From: Candidatus Woesearchaeota archaeon
GTDB taxonomy: Archaea > Nanobdellota > Nanobdellia > Woesearchaeales > JABMPP01
Direction: 5' to 3'
Length of the DNA stretch: 54,307 nucleotides
NCBI GenBank assembly: GCA_013202955.1
Contig: JABMPP010000111.1
Span: 1-54,307 of the forward strand
How positions within the stretch are numbered: position 1 is the stretch's first letter; each line of letters begins with the position of its first letter. The notes under the pieces were generated by a model. The model made no database searches and was not told the origin of the DNA. It saw only the letters and a list, made by a program, of their open reading frames with translations. Positions 32,501 through 40,355 of this stretch are shown piece after piece. The position numbers were made by a program, and so were the translations under genes.

Positions 32501-33960
32501 AGAATCTGCCAAGATTCCTTGACAGAGATGATTTTATTGACAAGAATATATTATATCAAGCAAATCCTGCAAGATTCTGGTATAATGAAGTTGTGCTTAC
32601 ATTGAGATACAGCTTAGGTAATGTGTCAGATGTAAAAACAATCAGACAATCAATAAAAAGACATGATGATCTTGCTTATGGGTGTTCATTTTCCTTACCT
32701 TATGGGATAAGTTGTAGTTCTATTTCAATAGATCCATCTGGATTTGCTGAGCTAATGCCTACAATGGGTGGGGTTGTTGGAACACATGTGTCACCATCAG
32801 ACACAATAACATATTATCCTGACAATAAGTTTGGATTATTAACAAAGATACACAATAATTATGGTGAAGAGTTTTATGTTAATATAGAACTAGAAGAGCC
32901 AAACGGCTGGAATGAATCAATACAATACAAAATAAACCCAAGCTTTGCTCCAAATGGAGAAACACAGTTTTATAATTTTCTTGTGGGAATACTTGGAAAT
33001 GATGTTGGTGCAGAAGGTGTTATTTATACTGGAGATGTAAATATTGATGGTAATTTGGTTACTGAACATGAGGGAGAGGGAAATGATGCAAAAGGAGTTG
33101 TTTACCTGAAATCCAACTTGGTTGATAAAACACAAGCTGTTAAAAATGGTCAAAGTTGGTGTGATGCCGCAACAAGTGTTGATGAACCAAATAGATGTGT
33201 GCTTGAATCTAGTATTCTAGAGGTTGTGAACGCAAATGAGCTACATAGGATTGATATATACAATGACACAAATGAAACATTGTTAATAAGCAGCATAAAT
33301 ATTATAACTGAGACAAGAGCATATTCTTCAGGAAACTATAGATTAAATATAGATATAATGAGAGATGTGAGCGGTGATGGAAGAGGAGATACTCAGATAC
33401 CATATGACACAAATTCCCAGGAATTAATGTTTGGATTTGGGGCTGAGAACAGAATACCTGAAAACTGTAACAGAAAACCAACTGTTGATTTAATAGAACC
33501 TATTGGGGATTATTTACCAAGAGGACCAAATCAGGAATTTATGATAGGCGCAAACATAGTTGATGACTGCAACATGATTGAATCAATCATAGTTAGTGTT
33601 GAGGAGAATAACAATGTGTTGTGTGAAATAACAAAAACATTAACCCCAGAGGATATTACAGATTCAAACAATAACTTTAATGATTGTGCATTAACTGTTG
33701 GAAGCTTGCCAGATGATAAGAGTGTGAATGAGGGAGGAACCCCACCTTATTATTCATTTAACTTAAATACAATGGATTTAACAGTTGGACATACAGATTC
33801 AAGTAATCCAAAATATTATGACATAAGATTCAAGGTAATAGATACTTCTGGCCAGGAAAATGAAGTCACAAAAACATTTGAAGTTGGAAATGTAACTATT
33901 AGTGAAATATCATTAAAACAAGTAACTGAAGATATGAAAATAGAAAAAATAAATATTTAA
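29542..33960 (+). CDS. Giant (1472 aa) secreted protein: FN3-like N-terminal domain, Ig-like domains, Cys-rich core
   Basis: ATGA overlap with the upstream gene. Sec signal MKNNKLPIIVLFLIVLLPTSYA. FN3/purple-acid-phosphatase-N-like segment (ALVEWSTDVDANSEIEYGTNESLG...TDYFFVV). Ig-boundary motifs DVVIPRVSL and DKKAPEIDF. Core motif CGCTPAMYGY...C...C. Confidence 0.85.
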   Translation: MKNNKLPIIVLFLIVLLPTSYALVIEFISVTTFEDYALVEWSTDVDANSEIEYGTNESLGIFVENDEYLTEHLMNISELEQNTDYFFVVTSCTNESVCESSDMESFSLLGDNPVFNLTITMDELPDKVNTTRYILSGVTEGNVLIRAYIDIDENPDPILITHVDGTSNHAITTDNVTGIFEGIISLNPGFNNITLKGRKQGRISSIDLLVYADVVIPRVSLNPIPEAVRSEMIYISGTVTEEALIEIFSDNNIVYVFNVPMGPFNRSNISIGEVNDGNEEFFNISLRATDDVGNSDTSNTYNIKVDKKAPEIDFITDFNLATHSTILKIEGNTEPYANVKITNIGNFTDIFRFREESAVSLIQMDPTGRILGNEREATADSDGYFSVSVSLFLGFNNFYINVSDKVGNSIGEHESISSIPGSVNWYASQVEGYPTNIYFEDMGPGFDATAFVVLDWVGGLDAPVEADVKNARIDDRSRGDNQLISDVSEIKSYYDSTNKRLYSLLSVKVKPWAGTADELFDHLTDSIPKVDFEKQLIAHFELSVQEKYADGSSTTVKKYDKVAYAVQKPENLAKWLPPEMINATLKNFINPAINILEKAKEYTLYLTGGFLVGCGASIAANYIAALLPDADTEKFKKAMYWTCDRVLCPTVPPMCDEEFKGGGNSWTLEEGKDRIDVVYMNYDNLDPDERRKHRCPNGTKVLIQINKFKKVSNLFGLGNDITETREPEYYCSDNSPTELGQPRGQTFLGCFNKEAPDYDGTKCWLDDSTSKGINPRAGFFSSFKCGCTPAMYGYSANTLKVFEGLEKCMQQAMIGEVASGFCERMLLMYGCDVATDLFKYAFGEVFAEGVGKGDRGAVGGYKERAEEIKSSLVGRYGDSIHETMGLSPEKLVNDACLFAFTGDLQLFEGALEQFIPTVPIAPYALVMASSRQNGYDPFIGQMNVDYNIYVGIVPGGPTEVELKLVCDKSRDGGEYCPAQREEVLVTQNLPRFLDRDDFIDKNILYQANPARFWYNEVVLTLRYSLGNVSDVKTIRQSIKRHDDLAYGCSFSLPYGISCSSISIDPSGFAELMPTMGGVVGTHVSPSDTITYYPDNKFGLLTKIHNNYGEEFYVNIELEEPNGWNESIQYKINPSFAPNGETQFYNFLVGILGNDVGAEGVIYTGDVNIDGNLVTEHEGEGNDAKGVVYLKSNLVDKTQAVKNGQSWCDAATSVDEPNRCVLESSILEVVNANELHRIDIYNDTNETLLISSINIITETRAYSSGNYRLNIDIMRDVSGDGRGDTQIPYDTNSQELMFGFGAENRIPENCNRKPTVDLIEPIGDYLPRGPNQEFMIGANIVDDCNMIESIIVSVEENNNVLCEITKTLTPEDITDSNNNFNDCALTVGSLPDDKSVNEGGTPPYYSFNLNTMDLTVGHTDSSNPKYYDIRFKVIDTSGQENEVTKTFEVGNVTISEISLKQVTEDMKIEKINI

Positions 33961-34727
33961 TATTTCTGCTGTTGTTGATATCCTGGATCTGATGTTGTTT
34001 TATGCAATGCTTTATTCTTTTTCTGTGTTTCCATTTTGTTATGAATTGCATCCCATCCTGATACAACAGGTTTTCCAAGTGCATGTAAATGCTCTGCTTT
34101 AAGTTTTGTGCTGGATTCATCAACATTCAATTCATCATCATATGCACCAGGCTGATTAATGTATGTTTGAATAGCAGCAATAGCATGATCCAATTGATAA
34201 TTATCTCCGTCTGCAAATTCAAAGCCAGCTCTTCTTTCAACATGACCTCTTAATTTTGATTTTTTATCTGCGTCCTGCCAATGCTGTTGCAATGATATCT
34301 GGCCTCTGCTCTGCCAGTATTGTTTCTGGCTATCAGATAGCTCTGAAACAAATGAATCCAATTGTTTTAAATCATCAACATTTAGGGTCTGGAGTCTTCT
34401 TCTTAAGTCCTGCACCCTTATTCCTTTGTCTTCCAGTAATTTCTTGGCGTCTTCTAATGAGTAATCTCCCTTTGTTCCACCAGGAAGTGAGAGAACAGCT
34501 TCAGCTAATCTGTCCATTAAAGCGTCTGCAGCCCCCTTGTAATCAACAAAACGACCATTCTTTAATGTGTAGCTGCTCTTAAGATCACCCATTATACCTG
34601 TAAGATCTTCAGTGAATTGAGCATAAGTTCCTTCATGGAAAACACGCTCGATTTGTTCGAGACTCATTTCTCCCCATTTGGATTCTCCTCCAAGCTTTTG
34701 TTCTAAGTCTTCACCCTTTTCAGCCAT
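33957..34727 (-). CDS. Hypothetical protein (Q/G/A/D-rich, compositionally atypical)
   Basis: 256-aa ORF. GGTGAT lies 5 nt upstream of the ATG. It converges on the cluster end and shares a TTAA stop overlap with it. Confidence 0.6.
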   Translation of the reverse strand: MAEKGEDLEQKLGGESKWGEMSLEQIERVFHEGTYAQFTEDLTGIMGDLKSSYTLKNGRFVDYKGAADALMDRLAEAVLSLPGGTKGDYSLEDAKKLLEDKGIRVQDLRRRLQTLNVDDLKQLDSFVSELSDSQKQYWQSRGQISLQQHWQDADKKSKLRGHVERRAGFEFADGDNYQLDHAIAAIQTYINQPGAYDDELNVDESSTKLKAEHLHALGKPVVSGWDAIHNKMETQKKNKALHKTTSDPGYQQQQKY

Positions 34728-34800
34728 TTTTTATCACCATGAATATTAATTTTACTCTTAAGTAACAATTAGAATAAGTTACTTATATAATTTTCTATTT

Positions 34801-35457
34801 TTATATGTATGTACTGCCTAATATATTAAGTACCATATCATCTGCTAAAAAAGAATAATACAGAGCACCAACATCATTAATAAAGTCTGGTTTTTTGTTT
34901 TTCAAAGAAACATATTTAGAATCAATCTGCTCTGTATAACCTTGTTCATTTATGTGCAAGATTAATATTGTGTGATCCTCGTCTGCTATACCAACTCTAA
35001 GAACCATTTCATCATCTGTTAATTTATCTTTTAAGGAACCTTTATCCATATGTCCAAGAAATATTCTGTATTTATTATTATCCTCAACAAACACAAGATT
35101 GTCCATTCTTCTTTGATTTGAGGAAATCATTTTATCATACTTTCTAACAGTTCTTGTTTTGTATAAATAATCTGGAGTCTCAAAAACCATTTGGTCAGAC
35201 TCCTCAATGGCATAATTAGATTTTGGAGCATTTGGAGTTGTTTTTACAACATCTTCAAGCCCTGAATTATTAGGAGCAGCTTCTACAATCTGCTCTACAG
35301 TTTCCTTTACAACAGGCTCTTCTTCATTATTGTGCTCAAAAACATATTTTCCTGCATTATAAGATGAATAAGCTATCAAAGCAGTCATTGTAACAGTTTT
35401 GGCTAATTTAAAATAACTTCTGTTATAATAACCATTAGTTCTCAAAAGCTTCTTCAT
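34801..35457 (-). CDS. Hypothetical N-terminally membrane-anchored protein
   Basis: 218 aa with one hydrophobic helix (TVTMTALIAYSSYNAGKYV) near the N-terminus. No recognisable domain. Confidence 0.55.
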   Translation of the reverse strand: MKKLLRTNGYYNRSYFKLAKTVTMTALIAYSSYNAGKYVFEHNNEEEPVVKETVEQIVEAAPNNSGLEDVVKTTPNAPKSNYAIEESDQMVFETPDYLYKTRTVRKYDKMISSNQRRMDNLVFVEDNNKYRIFLGHMDKGSLKDKLTDDEMVLRVGIADEDHTILILHINEQGYTEQIDSKYVSLKNKKPDFINDVGALYYSFLADDMVLNILGSTYI

Positions 35458-35475
35458 CTCAGAAACATAGTCATG

Positions 35476-36504
35476 TTAACCACCCCTGGTAGAAAAGTTT
35501 TGTAATACATTATTACTGAGTTTTTGAGATTCAGAGAGATTTTTAGAGTATCCTAAAAAAGCATCTGCACTTCTTCCATACACTGTTTCAGGATTCATCT
35601 GCTCTTTTATCTGGTTTATGTTCTGAACACTCAGCCCTATATTCCTATATATATTCACTGTGTTCTTTGCAAGACCATCAAGTTGTGCTTTCACAACACT
35701 CATCAGCTCCCCCCTCTTTATGTGCATATATATTGCGTCTTTTGTTTCTGTTAATGAATTAACCTGATGATCTATTGCAAGCACTATTTTCTCAACCTCA
35801 TTTGTTGATTTTTCAGTAAAAGATTTCAGCTCATTTATCATAGGAATTTCATTTGCAAGATAAGTTACTTTATCTTGAACAAGTGCTTTATACTGCTTCC
35901 TGTCATTAAACATATCAATCAATTCATCTGCATAAGCTCTCATCAAAAGAAAATCATCAGAATTCTCATTATTCTGAAGCTCTGCTGATATCTCATCAAC
36001 AAATAATTTATTATTTTCAAGAGTTTCTTCAATTGTTTTCAGATGATTCTTGTATTGATGCAATGCAACATAGCTCTGTTTTCTGTAATTTCCTACTCTA
36101 GTAAGTTGATGCTTGGAATAATTTACCATATGATAAAGAAGGTTATTTAATCCAGCAAGATTATCAATCTGATCATCAAACACATTTTCAATTGTTATTG
36201 GCCTTTTTGATAATAATCCTCTTGAAAAGTTTACTAAGTTTAGAATTTTCTTGTGAATATCAGAATTCTTGGCTTTTAGAAGTTTTGATTGTTCTATTTG
36301 TAGCCCAAGCATTAAATTTGATCTTTCAGCTAATTCCATATAATAATCATCATCAAGAGAACCCACACCCATACCTAATGGTGCTGGAATAAGTGATCCT
36401 GGAACACCATCATATGTAATATCTGTTGAATCTGGCATAACTATTGGATCCTGACCTGTTCTCATAAATTCATCAACACGCTCAATAAGGGTTTGTTCAG
36501 ACAT
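35476..36504 (-). CDS. Hypothetical coiled-coil protein
   Basis: Start placed at the ATG at 36504 (MSEQTL...), 5 nt downstream of GAGGTGA; the track start at 36513 is GTG. Long helical, heptad-like sequence with no recognised domain. Confidence 0.6.
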   Translation of the reverse strand: MSEQTLIERVDEFMRTGQDPIVMPDSTDITYDGVPGSLIPAPLGMGVGSLDDDYYMELAERSNLMLGLQIEQSKLLKAKNSDIHKKILNLVNFSRGLLSKRPITIENVFDDQIDNLAGLNNLLYHMVNYSKHQLTRVGNYRKQSYVALHQYKNHLKTIEETLENNKLFVDEISAELQNNENSDDFLLMRAYADELIDMFNDRKQYKALVQDKVTYLANEIPMINELKSFTEKSTNEVEKIVLAIDHQVNSLTETKDAIYMHIKRGELMSVVKAQLDGLAKNTVNIYRNIGLSVQNINQIKEQMNPETVYGRSADAFLGYSKNLSESQKLSNNVLQNFSTRGG

Positions 36505-36550
36505 TATAATCACCTCATTAATAACTAAGTGGTTAGTTTTAAAGTGATTT

Positions 36551-36651
36551 TTTCAGAGAAACCCGGATATGTTTCAGAAAGCTCGGAGAATCATGTATAA
36601 ATTTCGGATAATTTTCAGAAATAGTTCAAAAAAGAGAAGAATTTTCAGAAA
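36551..36651. repeat. Helically phased TTTCAGA[A/G]A motif array in an intergenic region
   Basis: Copies lie at 36551 (tttcagaga), 36572, 36613 and 36643 (tttcagaaa), with a variant tttcggata at 36602. Offsets are 0, 21, 51, 62 and 92 nt, about 10.3-nt multiples. The array is upstream of the 35476..36504 gene. Confidence 0.5.
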
Positions 36652-36721
36652 CACTGAAAAATTTCTTTGAAATTTTTGGTGTCTCAAAAATTCCTGAGAA
36701 TTTTTAGAGATCACGAAAATA

Positions 36722-37285
36722 TCACAGTTTAAAATCATCAGTGTCAGTGCTTGGTTCTTCACTCTCTCCTTCTGCCTCAGGCATTGCTTTTTTCAGCAAT
36801 GTGAATAATCCCAAGAACACCCCAAACAAGAGTATTAAATCAAGAAGCACCCACCATGTCAATATCAACACACCAAACCCCCATAAAACAGTTACAGCAG
36901 ACAAATAATAAACAGGAGTAGGAGAAGCTAACAGATACTCTATTTTCCCAGGCACTTTATGGTTGAATGCTAAGAAGAATATTACCAAACCATATAATAT
37001 TATTAATGATATAACAATAAATCTAAGCCAAAATGGATCTGGCTTGTTACTGAACAGAAATCTCATTGACTCAACACCGATCCAACTCAGACTTATTCCG
37101 TTTGCCAGGGAAGTATTCCACCCAAGCTTTTCTTTTTTGAACTTTCCAAAATAAAGCTCCATAAATATCCATAAAATAAAAACAGGTGCAAGTAACCACC
37201 ATATGCTCCAATCCTTGAATGGTGAAGCCAGTATTGCTTTTAATGCTTCCCACATACCAATTCCAATAACTGCGAAACTAACCAT
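36722..37285 (-). CDS. Integral membrane protein (about 5 TM), acidic C-terminal tail
   Basis: 187 aa with multiple hydrophobic helices rich in W/F/L. No recognised family. Confidence 0.6.
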   Translation of the reverse strand: MVSFAVIGIGMWEALKAILASPFKDWSIWWLLAPVFILWIFMELYFGKFKKEKLGWNTSLANGISLSWIGVESMRFLFSNKPDPFWLRFIVISLIILYGLVIFFLAFNHKVPGKIEYLLASPTPVYYLSAVTVLWGFGVLILTWWVLLDLILLFGVFLGLFTLLKKAMPEAEGESEEPSTDTDDFKL

Positions 37286-37310
37286 AACATGATTTTAGAA
37301 ATAAGCCTAT

Positions 37311-37952
37311 TTATTCTTTTCGGTTTAATTTTTCTATTTTGTTAATAGTAAGAGATTTAACAACAAGATCTGCTTTTGAGAAATCCTGATCCATTGTGCT
37401 TTCATTTGGGATTGCTATGCATTTCATTCCTGCGTTTTTAGCAGACTCAACACCTGTGCTTGAATCCTCTATTGCAATACATTCCTTTGGCTTTAACTCT
37501 AATCTCTCTGCAGCCAGAAGATAGATATCAGGAGCTGGTTTTCTGTTAGGAACTTCATCCTCTCCTGAAACAACAGCATCAAAATAATCAAAATCCTCTT
37601 TCATGTGTTTTTTTATTATTATCATATTTGTTGAGGCAGCCAATCCAAGTTTGTATTTGTCTTTTAAAGATTTCATGAATTTGAAAGCTTTGTCTATTAA
37701 TTTTACTTTTTCGCATGTTTGAAGATATGTTTTTATTTTTTGTCCTGAAAGTTCAGCCACATCTATTGGAAGAGAGAATTCTTCTATTGCTTTTCTGGAT
37801 AATTCAGGCCTTGGTAATCCTATATTCTTTTTGTACCATTCACCACCATTCTTAACCCCATAATCACCCAGAAGATTGTTCCACACAGCCACTTTTAAGT
37901 TTTCAGAATCAACAAGAACTCCATCCATATCAAATATAATACCCTTAATCAT
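37311..37952 (-). CDS. HAD-superfamily hydrolase (beta-phosphoglucomutase-like subfamily IA)
   Basis: Motif I IIFDMDGVLVDSE, motif II LAASTN, and motif III/IV K....IAIEDSSTGVESAKNAGM. Confidence 0.85.
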   Translation of the reverse strand: MIKGIIFDMDGVLVDSENLKVAVWNNLLGDYGVKNGGEWYKKNIGLPRPELSRKAIEEFSLPIDVAELSGQKIKTYLQTCEKVKLIDKAFKFMKSLKDKYKLGLAASTNMIIIKKHMKEDFDYFDAVVSGEDEVPNRKPAPDIYLLAAERLELKPKECIAIEDSSTGVESAKNAGMKCIAIPNESTMDQDFSKADLVVKSLTINKIEKLNRKE

Positions 37953-38037
37953 AAAATAACTAATGAGTTATCATTAATAAAGTTGTCTGTTTTATCAAAA
38001 GTTATTTATATTATAAACACTTAAAAGTTTTAAGCAA

Positions 38038-38499
38038 ATGAAAACAAAAGACACACCATTGAGTGAGGTTACATTCAGAAGATATGAAAAGCCTTATGAC
38101 CTGAAAGGCAGGGAATTAGTTAGAAAATTATGCTTGAGCACTGGTCTTTTGCAACCTGGGGATTCAAGAGATGTTATTATTGATATTTTTCTTGTTCTTT
38201 TGGAGGCAATGAAGAAAGAAAAAGCTTTATCATCAGAAGATGTTAAGAAAAAGGTTGAGGAGAAAAGAGCTCAGCTAAAACTTCCAATGCTTGGGATTGC
38301 ATCTTCTAACATAAGAAGACAATTGAAAAGGTTAAGAGGGTTGTTTTTTATTGAGAAAGTGAAGAATAAATACAGAATAACTGAATTTTCTAATCTTGAG
38401 GAAACATTTGATGAAAAAGTGGATAAATTTCTTTTGCCATCTATAATAAAAAGAGTAAAAGAATATGTTAAAGCAGTTAATGATGAGTTTACCTCTTAA
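38038..38499 (+). CDS. Hypothetical protein, possible winged-helix DNA-binding protein
   Basis: 153 aa. The segment SSNIRRQLKRLRGLFFIEKVKNKYRI looks like a recognition helix plus wing. Confidence 0.4.
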   Translation: MKTKDTPLSEVTFRRYEKPYDLKGRELVRKLCLSTGLLQPGDSRDVIIDIFLVLLEAMKKEKALSSEDVKKKVEEKRAQLKLPMLGIASSNIRRQLKRLRGLFFIEKVKNKYRITEFSNLEETFDEKVDKFLLPSIIKRVKEYVKAVNDEFTS

Positions 38500-38728
38500 C
38501 CCCTAATGATCTTCTTAGCGCAACAATCTTTTTTCTTTTGCACTCCTTTTTTTTGCCAATATTTAAAGAATAAGTCTCTTTTCCTCTATAAGGACACTCA
38601 AATTCTTCTTTATTGCACAAGTCTACTACTATGCCTATCATAAACTGACAGTTATCCTTGTCAGGAAGCTGTCTTATATATTTGTCAAACTCTTTTTGAT
38701 TTCTTATTTCCTCCATTTTGTTGTGCAA
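38489..38728 (-). CDS. Small hypothetical basic protein
   Basis: 79-aa ORF with several Cys residues and a K/R-rich tail. It converges on and overlaps the 38038 gene by 11 nt. Coding status is uncertain. Confidence 0.3.
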   Translation of the reverse strand: MHNKMEEIRNQKEFDKYIRQLPDKDNCQFMIGIVVDLCNKEEFECPYRGKETYSLNIGKKKECKRKKIVALRRSLGVKR

Positions 38729-38779
38729 TCTTATAATGGATAGTTAGGTTTATTAATATTGTGTTTTTCAATGTTTATT

Positions 38780-39298
38780 ATGGAAATATATGAACCAAGA
38801 GAGGATTCGTTTCTTATTTTAAAGCAAATAGGAAAATATGCAACAGGGACTGTGCTAGATATGGGAACAGGCTCTGGAATATTAGCTAAAGAAGCTTCTA
38901 AAACAGCAAATGTTACAGCAATTGATATTAATCCAGAAGCAAAAAAATATTGTAAAGGAATCAAGTTTATTGTTTCTGATTTGTTTTCTAATGTTAAAGG
39001 GAAGTTTGATTTAATAATATTTAATCCTCCTTACCTTCCAAATGACCCAAGAGTGGAGGATGTTGCATTGGATGGAGGGGAAAAAGGGTATGAAATTATA
39101 GAAAAATTTTTAAAAAATGCTCACGAATATTTATCAAATCAAGGAAAAATATTATTGCTTTTCTCGTCTTTGACAGGAAAAGAAAAGGTTGAGGATATAA
39201 TTAAAAAAAAGAGGTTCTATTACAAGGAGTTGAGCAGACAGAAGCTACATTATGAAGAGCTTTACGTTTACCTTATTGATAAAAATGAACCAAAATAG
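38780..39298 (+). CDS. HemK/Mtq2-like N5-glutamine (release-factor type) SAM methyltransferase
   Basis: MEIYEPREDSFLI N-terminus, motif I VLDMGTGSGILA, and the catalytic NPPY (IIFNPPYLP). Start moved from the track's TTG at 38759 to the ATG at 38780. Confidence 0.8.
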   Translation: MEIYEPREDSFLILKQIGKYATGTVLDMGTGSGILAKEASKTANVTAIDINPEAKKYCKGIKFIVSDLFSNVKGKFDLIIFNPPYLPNDPRVEDVALDGGEKGYEIIEKFLKNAHEYLSNQGKILLLFSSLTGKEKVEDIIKKKRFYYKELSRQKLHYEELYVYLIDKNEPK

Positions 39299-40349
39299 AA
39301 GAGATCTTTTAAGATTAATAACTGCATCACTGACAACACCTTTACTTTCTAAAGTAGAAAAAGCAGCTAATTATGTTGCATCTTTAACAGGTGCTGAACC
39401 AGAACCTCTTCCTACACCATCTAATGATTATGATCCTGATATAGAAGAGAGATTAAAAGAATTTGACAAAAGAGCGTTAAGAGCTGCAAGTGATTTAGAA
39501 GAAAACAAATTAAGAGAAAATCCCTTAGAAGATTTAGAGCAATTATATTTAGAATTTGAGTTGAATGGTGATTTTCTTAACCTAAAAAATACTGATACAA
39601 AATTAGAAGTATATTTAGAAAAAGTTGAACCAGGAGATAATTTATACAGGACAAGATTGGTTGTTAATGAATTTGGATGGTATGTTCAAGATCTTTCCAA
39701 TCTTTATAGAAACATAAGAAGAGTTTTTTTTGATGATCACAGCATTCCGAATCTTTCATATGAAACTAATTTTGAGTCTTATATGAAATTAGAAGATGGT
39801 AGATTTAGATCAGTGAGTCATAGAAGAGTTCCTCCAAAAAGTGCTGGCCAAATTACAACTGAAGTAGATCAAGATAAATATGGATGTTTTTATGAAATGG
39901 AGTTTAATGATGGTGTAATAACCTATAAAGATAATGTTGGAAGCCAAGAGTCAGAATCATATATTGATGAAGATGCAAATGATTTTCTTACAGAAGCATT
40001 TAATGCTATAATTGGGAAGGATGATACATTAAAAATTGGCAATAAAAATGGTTATGATTGGGAAGGACAGAAAAAAATACCATTATCTTCATTTAATATT
40101 AACATTAATCCGCATGACCCTAATTTTTATGGTGATTATAAATTATCCAGTAGCGCTAATATGGATCAGGTGATAGCTGAGGTGTTTGGAAAAGAAGGTT
40201 TACAGTTAAGCTTGAGTAACAGTAAAATAAGAATCCCATATATGATTTGGTTGGGGAATAGCATAAATCACTTTGGAAATACCATAATAGCATTAGCTGA
40301 TGCTGACGCAAAATATAAAAAGATTGATAAACCATTTTGGAAATGGTAG
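39285..40349 (+). CDS. Hypothetical exported protein with twin-arginine-like N-terminus
   Basis: MNQNRRDLLRLITASLTTPLLSKVEKAA resembles a Tat signal (RR-x-[FL]-L). The rest has no recognised domain. Start chosen at 39285 to limit the overlap with the upstream gene. Confidence 0.5.
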   Translation: MNQNRRDLLRLITASLTTPLLSKVEKAANYVASLTGAEPEPLPTPSNDYDPDIEERLKEFDKRALRAASDLEENKLRENPLEDLEQLYLEFELNGDFLNLKNTDTKLEVYLEKVEPGDNLYRTRLVVNEFGWYVQDLSNLYRNIRRVFFDDHSIPNLSYETNFESYMKLEDGRFRSVSHRRVPPKSAGQITTEVDQDKYGCFYEMEFNDGVITYKDNVGSQESESYIDEDANDFLTEAFNAIIGKDDTLKIGNKNGYDWEGQKKIPLSSFNININPHDPNFYGDYKLSSSANMDQVIAEVFGKEGLQLSLSNSKIRIPYMIWLGNSINHFGNTIIALADADAKYKKIDKPFWKW

Positions 40350-40355
40350 AATAAT

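Noticed and set aside
6744-33960. Interpretation of the 27-kb cluster as a prophage, tail-fibre module or other mobile element.
   Set aside because: I could recognise no integrase, transposase, terminase, capsid, portal or replication gene, and no flanking long direct repeats. By eye, base composition and SD usage match the flanking housekeeping genes. The adjacent TA pair is the only accessory-type marker. A viral origin of individual domains cannot be excluded without searches.
36574-36762. 62-aa ORF on the minus strand covering the TTTCAGAAA repeat region.
   Set aside because: The sequence is dominated by the repeated motif, which is read as FLK/FSE strings. It overlaps the 3' end of the 36722..37285 gene and has no SD. 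It is better explained as regulatory or non-coding DNA.
38731-38964. 77-aa minus-strand ORF antisense to the HemK-like methyltransferase start.
   Set aside because: It overlaps the region encoding the SAM-binding motif I of a confidently identified gene, and it has no independent support.
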